Source: Heptranchias perlo
Taxonomy: Eukaryota
Length of the DNA: 64,000 nt
Reading direction: 5' to 3'
Assembly: GCF_035084215.1 (NCBI RefSeq)
Contig: NC_090357.1
Span: 12,152,001-12,216,000 of the forward strand
A program made the position numbers and the translations under genes. Position 1 is the stretch's first letter; the number at the start of each line of letters is the position of its first letter. A model generated the notes under the pieces. That model was not told where the DNA came from and ran no database searches. It saw only the letters and a list, made by a program, of their open reading frames with translations. This document shows positions 26,025 to 37,179 of this stretch, one piece after another.

Positions 26025-26400
26025 GCAGCATGGGTGCATCATTTTGTGAGACATTTTGAAAGAGGAGGAGGAAAAGGAAGGGGAGCAGCAAAAGAGGGCC
26101 AGGAAAGTCTGAGTGCAGTGGAGGAGGTCCAAAAGAATCCACTACTCCCTCAGGCAAGAGAGATACTGTAACCTCATCAAGGAGCAAAGTGTGACGTGAC
26201 TATGCCTCATCAAGGAAACTATAGATGAATTGTCCCCAAGAACCAGACCTACAAGTAAGGAACAACATTGGCACTGTGCTACCAGTAGCAGTAAAAAAAG
26301 ATGACACTCATCTTTTTAGCAGTCTCCTTCCAGGCAGGAGACTTATCAAGGATCAGTCAGTTTTTAGATAACACCTGTGTCCCTCAGATGATAGATACCT
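26025..26400 (+). pseudogene. Ancient Harbinger transposase fossil, not in the ORF track
   Basis: Hand translation gives RYCNLIKEQSV-*-LCLIKETIDEL, VLPVAVK and AVSFQAGDLSRISQ. These are collinear with the Harbinger motifs seen at 22530-22930. Confidence 0.6.
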
Positions 26401-26522
26401 TGTTTTTAGGAACCAGAGAAGTTCTTGTCAACAAATGGGATTCATAGTTAATAGAAATGCAGCAATGGAATAATGTGGATAGGGGGCTAGATGGACTGAA
26501 GGTCTTGTCCTGCCTGAAACTT

Positions 26523-27180
26523 TGGCTTCAATTTTTATAAGAGGGTGGGAAGGGTGCGCGGGAGCCCGGTAGCGGGTGACGAAGCCTGCAAGATCGGGGA
26601 TGTGGAGGCCCTGCTGATCTTAATGGCAGGGCCTCATTTGAATAAATATTTAAGAACATAAGAAATAGGAGCAGGAGTAGGCCAATCGGCCCCTCGAGCC
26701 TGCTCCGCCATTCAATAAGATCATGGCTGATCTGATCCTAACCTCAAATCTAAATTCATGTCCAATTTCCTGCCCGCTCCCCGTAACCCCTAATTTCCTT
26801 TACTTTGAGGAAACTGTCGATTTCTGTTTTAAATTTATTTAATGATGCAGCTTCCACAGCTTCCTGGGGCAGCAAATTCCACAGACCTACTACCCTCTGA
26901 GTGAAGAAGTTTCTCCTCATCTCAGTTTTGAAAGAGCAGCCCCTTATTCTAAGATTATGCCCCCTCGTTCTAGTTTCACCCATCCTTGGGAACATCCTTA
27001 CCGCATCCACCCGATCAAGCCCCTTCACAATCTTATATGTTTCAATAAGATCGCCTCTCATTCTTCTGAATTTGCAGAGTCCCTCCCAATACCCAGCCAG
27101 ATTGTCTACATGGCCGGCAAGCGGGAGTGGAAATCTGGCGGCAGGAGGCCACAGCCGGGGACCTGAGGGGGTCAGTGGAT
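26523..27180. mobile_element. GC-rich MITE-like fragment interrupted by a CR1 3' end
   Basis: CpG-rich blocks at 26523-26650 and 27071-27180 flank the CR1. The GGCCTCATTTGAATA motif resembles other MITE interiors. Confidence 0.45.
26651..27070 (-). mobile_element. CR1 3' fragment
   Basis: ORF MRGDLIETYKIVKGLDRVD...FFTQRVVGLWNLLP is uninterrupted to its stop. The tail reads AAGAACATAAGAAAT on the + strand. Confidence 0.93.
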
Positions 27181-28077
27181 GTAAAAAATACTGTGCCGTA
27201 GAAAAGTCACCTCTTGCTTCACCGCAATGAAAAATTGGTCAGTAGAATTTGTAAGTGTAAGGAAGCATGTCATAGGTGCACTTGTTTGTGCTCTTAAAAT
27301 ATCCTGCATTTTACAGCTGATCATGGTGCTGGAGAATACTTGAGCTTTACTCATTTGTGAAACAGAATTTCCTTCTTAGCACTTAAGATAGATGCTGTAT
27401 ATAATCCTAAATATCCCATTAGCATTATGAAATTGTCGAGCATTATTTCCAAATCTCTACAGGGTTTTTAATTATTTTCATATTAAAAGATGGAAATCAT
27501 TCCACATAACATAGTCTTTGCAATAAAAGGCTTTGTGATACTGCATGTTGCTCATTCTTTTGACATACTACAATCCAGACTAGGCAGAAAACATTTTTGT
27601 CATGCTTTTGTACTTTTTTGTGAGGGGCGTAGTCAAAGATCGTAAAAACATCAGTTCCAGTTCACGATATTAATACAAAATGTTATTACAAGTTACCCTG
27701 AGAGTAGATGGACCTTAGGAGAGGGGTGAAAAAATGACACTGCTGCCAAAACATATAGAAACAGATTTAAGGTCGCTCTACTCAAGAAACCTCGCCTGAC
27801 GACTGTCTGTTGTGTCCAAAGGCCCCCTCATTTTTCTCAGTTATTGTCTTTCAGCATTTGAACTTGTTAGTGAGTTTCGAAAATCTGTACTACATATGAA
27901 AAGCTGCTGGGTTCTGCACTAAAAACAGCTGCATGTTGCTATGCCAATGGGACTTTTGGGTATTAGACTAGGAATTAAAGAGTGTAGGCATGCTGCAGAA
28001 ATACACCATTGAGTGCTGTTAGCTTTCTTGGCAAAAAAGGTAATTGGTTAGAAAGGACTTTATTGGTTTTGTGATGT

Positions 28078-28350
28078 CTTAGTAATTAAATGCACTGCAT
28101 GGTGTGATGCCCATGTAGATTAGAAAGGTTAGATCCCTGGATTATGCTGATTTTGCCGATCTCAGCTGAGATGGCAGTGGCGACACTACAATCAGTCTCA
28201 GCATCTTTGGCCAAGGAAGGAAAAATCAACCAGTATTCCCAAACTCTATGCTGTTCAATGACTTTGCTAACGGTGACCTGTGTCTGACCACTGGATAAGG
28301 ATAATATGAAACTTAGTTTTGATTAACCCATAGTTGATTAGCCTGTCTAG
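28078..28350 (+). mobile_element. Ancient tRNA-derived SINE copy
   Basis: TAAATGCACTGCATGGTGTG...GATCTCAGCTG...CTACAAT...GGAAGGAAAAATCAACCAG is collinear with 33073-33480. Confidence 0.6.
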
Positions 28351-28754
28351 GTTTACATTGACGAAAGCCTGCTTCGATGATGTACTGGAAGCATCTACCG
28401 CCTATGGCATGAATCCCATCATGAATTGGTCCCTTCAGGAGAGAAAGGATAAGGAGAAGAAAAGGGGCGTTTAGCCACTCTGAACACTGTTTGAAAAGTA
28501 TGTTGCCATGAGTGTGCATATGGCTTAGTCGACTAGATTTTCCATATGAGAATTATCATATTTTATAGTTTCTTCTGTGAACAATATTATTAATTTAATG
28601 TTACATAAAGAGCTTCTGAACATCTGAAATTGCTTGCAGAAAAATGTGATGGACTGAAAATGGAGACATTAAAGAAACACAAATTATATCTTCCATCAAA
28701 ATATTTTTCAGTTCAAATGTATTGGAAAGTTTTACAGATTTTGGAAAATGTGAA

Positions 28755-28893
28755 CTTTGGCCAAGGAAGGAAAAATCAACCAGTATTTCCAGACTTGATG
28801 CTGTTCAATGACTTTGCTAACGGTGACCTGTGTCTGACCACTGGATAAGGATAATATGAAACTTAGTTATGATTACCCCATAGTTGATTAGCC
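28755..28893 (+). repeat. 139-bp direct copy of 28205-28343
   Basis: Ungapped match with 6 mismatches by eye, offset 550 bp. Confidence 0.95.
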
Positions 28894-30093
28894 AAATTTT
28901 CTTTGGGGGGAAGGGAATGAAAGGAAAAATAAACATAGTTTCACATACAGTAGCTCACATTTCTTAAATACTAAAATAACATTGCCAGAATAATCAGCAA
29001 TTGCTAACCTCCCTGTAATTGTTTATGCAGCATAACTGTTATTGTAGAGACAGCAAGAGGGTCAATTTAACTGTCAGGTGTAACTAAGTATATTTTGTCA
29101 GAGAACTTTGTAAATAGATTTGTGATTGATGTAGAATTATATACTTTGTATTATTAACCTTTTTACTACAATAACATATTTATAAAGGTACCATAATACA
29201 ATATGTTCAGGGACAGCACAGTTAAAAGGATTCAAATATATATCAAGACATTTTCATTAGCAAGTGGTCATTTGCCCAAAGGAACTTTTTTTCTACCTAC
29301 CTTAATACTTACTCATTGAAAAGGAAGATGAGAAAATCGAGCTTAATTTAACCTTGCATCCACTTACAAAAAAAATCACTTCTAAGCAATATGTAGAGGA
29401 GATAAACAGTAAAGTTGGATTCGATTTACACATTAGTCTGACAAAGAATTAAACCACTAGCTGTGAACGAGTACCTCCTTCTTCACTGAGTGAAACTTAT
29501 TCTCCACAGTCTTAATCCTATTTCTCTTGAGGTGCACTGCAAGTTTAGGGTTGGTGTGTGGTAAAAATACAATCTATGTTAGAGCTAAACATTACAATTA
29601 TATAATTAAGGAATTTTTCTTGCAGCTTACTATGGTCATCAGTTGAATTAACACGTAAATGTATCGCAACAATTGACCAGATACTCCCTCACTTTTAAAA
29701 CACTTGTGGTTTGTTGGTTGTTACAGATTATTTTGGGCAAGTTCACCAACTTCTTAACATCTTCCAAGAAAGTATAATTTGCTGCCTAACTTCCCGGCAA
29801 TTGAATTAAAAAAAAATGTAGTTTATTTTTTTATCGCTTCCATCCTTATTGGTCTTCATAATTAAGAGGTTTGACTGATAATCTTCACGCCACTCTTAAG
29901 GTAGTGTAGGAGAGCGTGCATTTCTTACCCTTTCAATAGAGGAGTGACTCTCAATAATAGCATTGTTGAAAGCAGCAAATCAACATCAGGGAAACTGCAA
30001 TCTTAGCTGTGTTGACTACCAAATCGGCAGTAACTAAATTTATCTAAAGTCTCTGACACTGTCCTAATCTCGAATATAAATTTGGCTCAGTTT

Positions 30094-31019
30094 TACTCAC
30101 TGCAGAATACCCAGCCTCTGACCTGCTCTTGTAGCCATAGTATTTGTGGCTGGTCCAGTTAAGTTTCTGGTTAATGATGACCCCCAAGATGTTGATTGTG
30201 GGGGATTCGGTGATGGTAATGCCGTTGAATGTCAAGGGGAGGTGGTTAGACTCTCTCTTATTGGAGAGATGGTCATTGCCTGGCACTTGTCTGGTGCAAA
30301 TGTTACTTGCCACTTATCAGTCCAAGCCTGGATGTTATCCAGGTCTTGCTGCATGCGGGCACGGACTGCTTCATTATCTGAGGGGTTGTGAATGGACCTG
30401 AACACTGTGCATTCATCAGCGAACATCCCCATTTCTGACCTTATGATGGAGGGAAAGTCATTGATGAAGCAGCTGAAGATGGTTGGGCCTAGGACACTGC
30501 CCTGAGGAACTCCTGCAGCAATGTCCTGGGGCTGAGATGATTGGCCTCCAAAAACCACTACCATCTTCCTTTGTGCTAGGTATGACTCCAGCCACTGGAG
30601 AGTTTTCCCCCTGATTCCCATTGACTTCAATTTTACTAGGGCTCCTTGGTACCACACTCTGTCAAATGCTGCCTTGATGTCAAAGGCAGTCACTCACCTC
30701 ACCTCTGGAATTCATCTCTTTTGTCCATGTTTGGACCAAGGCTGTAATGAGGTCTGGAGCCGAGTGGTCCTGGCAGAACGCAAACTGAGCATCGGTGAGC
30801 AGGTTATTGGTGAGTAAGTGCTGCTTGATAGCATTGTTGACGACACCTTCCATCACTTTGCTGATGATTGAGAGAAGACTGATGGGGCAGTAATTGGCTG
30901 GATTGGATTTGTCCTGCTTTTTGTGGACAGGACATACCTGGGCAATTTTCCACATTGTCAGGTAGATGCCAGTGTTGTAGCTGTACTGGAACAGTTTGGC
31001 CAGAGGCGCGGCTAGTTCC
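30094..31019 (-). mobile_element. Second Zenon-like CR1-group LINE copy, truncated at both ends
   Basis: ELAAPLAKLFQYSYNTGIYLTMWKIAQVCPVHKK, FDIKAAFDRVW, GVPQGSVLGP and MFADE. Closely similar to 802-1680. Confidence 0.92.
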
Positions 31020-31375
31020 ATGACCCGGTTGCTGCAATGCCAAATAAAGAATAGCAGTGGCTTGGAACAGCCGCATCAACAACAATAGAATTACAAACTG
31101 GTAAACTAAACACGCTGTCCCTGCTACCCATGTAATGCAGCTTTTTAACCATGATTATGTTATTACCATTTCAGATAAGTGGTTGATTCATGACTGAAAA
31201 TTTTAGACCTAAAATTTGCTCTATATTGACAACCCTAGATTCAGCCCCTCTCAGTCCTTGATGTATTCAACATCCCTAATGATCTATGAGACCAGCTGGA
31301 TTGTAGCCCTCAATCAGAAGCTTGGGAGTGCACTAACCACTGCTTATTAATGAGAAGAGGTTGAATAGCCTTAAG

Positions 31376-31379
<4 letters not shown>

Positions 31380-31413
<34 letters not shown>
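31380..31413. repeat. (TA)n(CA)n microsatellite
   Basis: Direct reading of the sequence. Confidence 0.9.
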
Positions 31414-31414
<1 letters not shown>

Positions 31415-31687
31415 AGAGGAATAAAATACTTATTGTAGGTTAGATGAGAAGGAAGCCAATTTGCTAAACCTCTATTAATTCTCTAGATGGAGGATTTTTG
31501 TCAAAACTTGCCTTGTTAAAAATGATGACTATTTTATTTATAAAAGACTGTTGGAGGGATTTAGTTGAATTTTGATACCATAGCTGAGGTCATGTATATC
31601 CGTCGTACAAGAGCCTGTAAATGGCTATCAAAAAAAAATGTAAGATCCCCTTACTGCCATTGTAAAGCTCTATCAATTACAATTCAA

Positions 31688-32362
31688 AGAAAACAAAAGC
31701 AAAATTCTGCGGATGCTGGAAATCTGAAATAAAAACAGAAAATGCTGGAAACACGCAGCAGCTCAGGCAGCACCTGTGGAGTTAGAAACAGAGTTAACGT
31801 TTCAGGTCAATGACTTTTCATCAGAACTAAAAGATGTTAAAGATGAACAGCTTTTAAGCAAGTACAGAGCCAGGGAAAAGGGAGGCTGGGAAAAAACAAA
31901 AGGGAAAGGTCTGTGATAGAGTGCAGGGCGGGAGTGATTAAAGGACAAAAGGGATGATGGTGCAAGGCAAAAAGGTGATAAGGGAACAAGTATAGAAACA
32001 AAAGATGGGTCCCAAGAAGGTGTAAATAATTACAGCAGAATAGCAGTCGGGGAAGACAGCATGGAAAATCTGGCAAAGAGGAAGGGGTTGCTGTGGCCTG
32101 GGAATATGGAGGAAGAAAGGCAGATGCAGAGGGGTGCAGACCACCCATCTGGCCATGTACCGATATTGTGGAACCCCACCCTAAGCACCAGCCCACAGCT
32201 CCTCCACTCCCAGTACCTCTGGTGCAGCAATCCTCCGTTACCAGCTCGTGCTGTCCGAGAGAAAATTAGAGCGGTGGTTAAGATCTAAAGATGTTAAACA
32301 CAATGTTAAGGCCGGAAGGTTGTAAAGTGCCTAGTAGAAAGTTGAGGTGCTGTTCCTCAAGA
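31688..32362 (-). mobile_element. Penelope-like element 3' fragment (GIY-YIG C-terminus, 3' UTR and terminal repeat), a second family
   Basis: The minus-strand ORF ends EEQHLNFLLGTLQPSGLNIVFNIFRS*, a typical PLE endonuclease C-terminus. A pyrimidine-rich UTR follows, then a hammerhead motif and CCAGCATTTTCTGTTTTTATTTCAGATTTCCAGCATCCGCAG. Confidence 0.82.
31792..31828 (-). ncRNA. Minimal type I hammerhead ribozyme motif
   Basis: The minus strand reads AGTT-CTGATGA-A-AAGTC-ATT-GACCT-GAAA-CG-TT-AACT. Stem I is AGTT/AACT, stem II has one mismatch, and AACGTT is palindromic. Confidence 0.68.
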
Positions 32363-33072
32363 AATGTGACATTTCTCTGAATTGTTTTTTGGTTTCTGTT
32401 CAGTGAACCCAAATTACACAAAAAACAACTGGCCATCTTTAACCCAGCTTTAAAGGATTGCATGCATTTATATCATTGTTAAATCCCCAATGAAGTACCA
32501 TAAAACCAAAGTGTTTCAATTTACAGCATTGTTAAATACCTCCTATTAAATTAAATCTACTGAAAATGAAATAAAGAGTTCGATCCCTACAGGCTACAAG
32601 TAAATCTACAACAAATAGGATTAAAGATAATGAAGCACACTAGTACAATTGGTACTAGAGAGTTGTGTGCCACAACTCAATTAAAAGCCATTCTACTTAC
32701 ATTTCAGTATCCAGGACACCTAGTGTGATTTTTTTTGAATGATTAAGCAATGTATGTTGGAGTTGCAAAGTTTGAGACAATAAATGGGTTCTGCGTGCTG
32801 AATAAATGACTTGGCTCAAGAACGATTTGTTTGTATGCATGCAAAAAAACGATTTTATAGTGTAAATTCAGCAGCTCCAATGTACATAGCTATTAAACTA
32901 CCTTATTTTATTGGAGACATTTGGAATCTGGTTTTGAGACAATATTTGCCCTAGTATTTGATAATTTCACTGTGGAGCTGCAGTATATTTGTGATCTTAC
33001 GCAAGTTTATGTTTTTAGGAGTATTCATTGGCTTAGACTTGGTTCTTGCAGTATTATTTCTGTTTATGTCTC

Positions 33073-33480
33073 TGGTGGTTTAGTGAGTAAATGCACTGGA
33101 TGGTGTGGTACAGAACTGTCCAGAGCAGGAAAGCTCCAGGTTTGTGCAGAGTTTGCTCATCCCAGTCAGAGCAGCAGTGAGAGTACTACAATTAGATATG
33201 GAGTCTCTGGCATTGGGAAAGAAAAAGAATCAGGCAGGATTTCCAATTTTGATTGATGCTCTGTGAACCCTACTGGAAAATGCACATATTTCAAGGTCAG
33301 ATAAGGACAGGTTTGGGCTTAACTTGTGATGCCTGAGATAGTTGAATAGCTTGACAAACTCACTGTCGAGAAAAAAAACATGAAGAATGACCATATGGGC
33401 ATGGTACCAGAGTGCTGCCAGTGCTCATGAAACTGTCCACCAGCAGACGTCACTGTCTGCAGGAGAGGAGAAAATCAGGG
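33073..33480 (+). mobile_element. Near full-length ancient tRNA-derived SINE
   Basis: Head TGGTGGTTTAGTGAGTAAATGCACTGG, then GATAAGGACAGG, CATGAAGAATGACCA and the end GCAGGAGAGGAG, shared with five other copies. Confidence 0.62.
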
Positions 33481-35186
33481 GAATAATAATTATTCTAAAA
33501 AGGTCATGTTTGTTAGGCAAACAAAAGTTTCAGCAAATATTTTTTCCTTTGCACTCAAAGTGCAAAATATTTGATTATTATCATTCCCCACACTATAGGT
33601 ATGAAAAAGTTTGCTTTAGTTGTCAAAATTTACATTTATATTTGAAAACAATTATTTCTTAGAAGTATCCTTTGTCCAGTTTTTGAAGTGAAACAAATTT
33701 AGGGAATTGGAATTGGAAAACTGCCCTTAAGTTTGGCAACTGATTCTGACTTCTGCTCATCAAGAGTACAAACATAAATTGGGTGTGAAAACAAAGTGGG
33801 TACATATTTGATAAATGAATGGCTCTGGCTTCAGATAAGTGAAGCAAATCCAATGCTTCATCTTTTTTTGAGCCTGTACATACACACAAGCACTCTTGTC
33901 TCCTAGTTGGTCTAAACCTGTGGTTTTGGTTGACATCATTCCCTAACTTTTAGAGCTGAAAATAGAAGTATGAGGGAAAAAAAAGTGATGGTGTGTATAC
34001 ATAATACTCGGTGAGTGCTTACTTAGTGCAGTGATGGGAATTTCACATTAATGATTTCATTCTGGGAAAGTAGGCGCACACAACACACATTTCAAGAACA
34101 TTGTATAATTTTCAGACAACAAACATTAAATCAAACTTCAGAAGGCCAAGAATTTAAAGCAGAACCAAGAATTTTAATATAGACTCAATGGGCTAATTAA
34201 TTGGGTCATGCTTTTACCTTTTAGTGTTCCATTCGCCATAACTCCACTCCTCAGTTAAGCCTTTTGAGCAAACTTTTTTTATGGTTTAAATGCTGGGTAG
34301 GTTAATGAGCAGTAAGCCCTAGATAATGACGTGGCCACGTATCAGAAGAAAGGATAGCGTCCAGCTGGAAAGTGCGCACATATTGAAGTTTCTTAGAAAA
34401 AAACCCAATAAAGATTAATTGCAGAACTGTAACTGCTTTATGAGAGACTAATATATGCTCTGTTATTAAACCCATGTTGTATTAATTACAAAGCACTGAT
34501 GATGCTCATTGTATCGCGAACATTTTGTTTTACAAGGCAATGGTTATAAGGTTCACAATGAATGATCAGAAAAAGAATCTTGGCTCTCAATTGAGCCAAA
34601 CCAAATAAATTTCTAATTGTTTAGCATCTCCTGTCATCACTTGTTTTGTTTTTCTCTTTTGATAGTTATTTACCAATTGGATGCTATTTTTATTATTTTT
34701 TTGTACTCACATCATATTCAGAACAAGGAGGTGGAGGCTTCAAATATCTGGTTTGTATAGTACAGTGTGGAACTCTGAAAGGCTCATTGGTGCCTGATGG
34801 GCATTGACAATACTCCTGTGAGTAAAAGGAAAATAACATTAAAATAATAACCACCTGTAATTTGTGTTATAATAGAAATCTACCTCAGAAGGGCAGAAAA
34901 TTTGCATGTCAGTGGAAAAGCAAATGATCTAAATGTCTTCTGAGCTATAATCACATTTTCACTCTTCCCCATGCTCGGGCAGACATCGGTGCATTTTTCT
35001 GAGATAAGAAATTTGACGGAATAATATGTTGGAATCATAATTGTGAAACTGTTAATCTTAGATAGGGTACATTGTAAAGATAAGCATATAAAAGCTGACA
35101 TTTGCTGATTATCTGTCAATCACACATACTAGGTTTTTCCAGTAGTCTTCAGTTAGGTTGAAGAATTGAACAATTACCTTGCATCA

Positions 35187-35545
35187 AGTCTACAACACAG
35201 AAACAGGCCATTCGGCCCAACTGGCCTACGCCGACATTTATGCTCCACATGAGCCTCCTCCCTCCCTACTTCATCTAACCCTATCACCATACCTCTCCAT
35301 TCCTTTCTCCCTCATGTGCTTACTTAGCTTCCCCATAAATTCATCTGTGCTATTTGCTATCAATTACTCCTCGTGGTAGCACATTCCACATTCTAACCAC
35401 TCTTAGGGTAAAGAAGCTTCTCCTGAATTCCCTATTGGATTTATTAGTGACTATCTTATATTTATGACCTCTAGTTTTGGACTCCCCCACAAGTGGAAAC
35501 ATTTTTTCTATGTCTACCCTATCAAACCCTTTCATTATCATTAAT
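35187..35545 (-). mobile_element. CR1 3' fragment with a distinct 3' UTR
   Basis: IMKGFDRVDIEKMFPLVGESKTRGHKYKI...FFTLRVVRMWNVLP. Confidence 0.9.
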
Positions 35546-36299
35546 TCAACCGTGAATTTCAAATGACATTCAGTTTGTGACATAAACTAATGAACTACCT
35601 TGTGACTCATTATTATTCTGTATTTTCTGGTAGCTTACGAATCCACATTTTTAATTAATTTTTTTTGTCAAGTGTGGGGATTCAGAGTGCAAACAGACCT
35701 TCTTGGGATAGGATTCAGATTTTGGATAAAAGTTAAATGGATTCATTCTTCATCGATTATGTAACTTTCGGCTTGGCCATAAGAATGACACATAAAGTAA
35801 TGAGATTCAAACTAGTCTACAGATATCTTAATGTTAAATGGAACAAAGAAAAATAAACAAATGTGCTATCATTCAAAATAAGAATGTCCTTGATGGGCAA
35901 TTTAACATTCAAACAAATGCAATTATTAATGAGATCTCGTCTGCCAAACATTGATAGCAGTTGGCCAAAAACTAAGGAGAAATAGTGTGCACAACAGCCA
36001 CAGCTTATTTGCTAAGAAAATTAACTTGAAATATACTGAAGAAAATTCATTGATGCAGCAACAAAAGGGAAAATTAATAGTGACCATTTACCAAACAGCA
36101 TGTCTGTGATTAATTCCAAAAAAGCAAAATTAATACATGATATGTAAGATAGGAAGGTAAACAGTTGCAACTGACCACTAGCTCTCCCCCACACACAGAC
36201 ACAGTACACATTTTTTGGTTTTCTCTTTCTTTTTTTACTTGCTTTCTTTTGTGCACATTAAGCTAAGGAATGTTGGTACAGAGGAATGAAACATTTCTA

Positions 36300-36655
36300 T
36301 ATGGGGCACCCAGTGCCAGTATCAAACACTTGCATGTGAGGTGTAACATGGGTTAGATGCAGAGTGAAGCTCTCTCTACTCCATCTCAAAAAGGTGCTTC
36401 AGTTCCCACCTCCTACGTGAATCACTGGCATTTTTCCATTTTCCATGCCAGCCATCCTGTGGCCTCTATGCCTGAGATTTAGTCCTGAATTAATTGCAGT
36501 TTTGTACTTTGGATCCACGCCCACAAGGAAGTGGTTTGAAACTCTCCAAACATATTTGAGTTGGGATCCTTAAGCCAGCAGACAGAGCAGACCTTTATCC
36601 CATTAGCCTGGGCAGGATTTGAATCCAAGTCTTAGAGGTAAAAGCCCAATGTGCC
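36300..36655 (-). mobile_element. Old tRNA-derived SINE, LF-SINE-like
   Basis: The minus-strand head GGGCTTTTACCTCTAAGACTTGGATTCAAATCCTGCCCAGG (B box) and the 3' part AGAGCTTCACTCTGCATCTAACCCATG resemble my recollection of LF-SINE. The family name is tentative. Confidence 0.45.
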
Positions 36656-36789
36656 ACATTTGATTTCTTAAGTTTTCAATGCACTATTTCCTTGGTGGAA
36701 CTTGGTATTAAACATGTTTGCAGTCCTTTGCTGATGCCATTATTGAACTGTCCACCAGCAGATATGTGGACGACAAAGTTGCGAATGGT

Positions 36790-36902
36790 CTGGTTCAGCC
36801 TCAGACAGTGGTCAGGAAGAGGGATGGAGTCTGTGGCTAGGGAACAGAGTTCATGTAGGGGACCAAAGACAGTGGTTTTGGTCTTCCCGATATTTAGTTG
36901 GT
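36790..36902 (-). mobile_element. Small L2 LINE fragment
   Basis: The minus strand encodes QLNIGKTKTTVFGP, matching the L2 RT C-terminal LN..KT motif. Confidence 0.55.
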
Positions 36903-37179
36903 ACAGGATAAGATGGAATATTTAATGAATATTATTATGTGATAATTTGATAGCATCAGGGTACCCAGAGTACTTGGTGTCACTTTGAAACTGAATTAAT
37001 TACCAGCATTAACTGCAAACAAATTGGATGAAATTAGACATAACTATTATCACCTCGGTAACAGAGCATGTGATTAAATTGTTTTGATTAATGTGAAGAT
37101 TAGGTGGATTGTAGAGAGGATCGAGCTAAGCAGAATGATACAGTGCATCTTGTTTAGTGTAAAATTTGAGTTGTCGTCC

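Noticed and set aside
33659-33889. ORF containing DEALDLLHL, reminiscent of SNX19 DTALDLLLL
   Set aside because: It is on the opposite strand to the real exon and the similarity does not extend.
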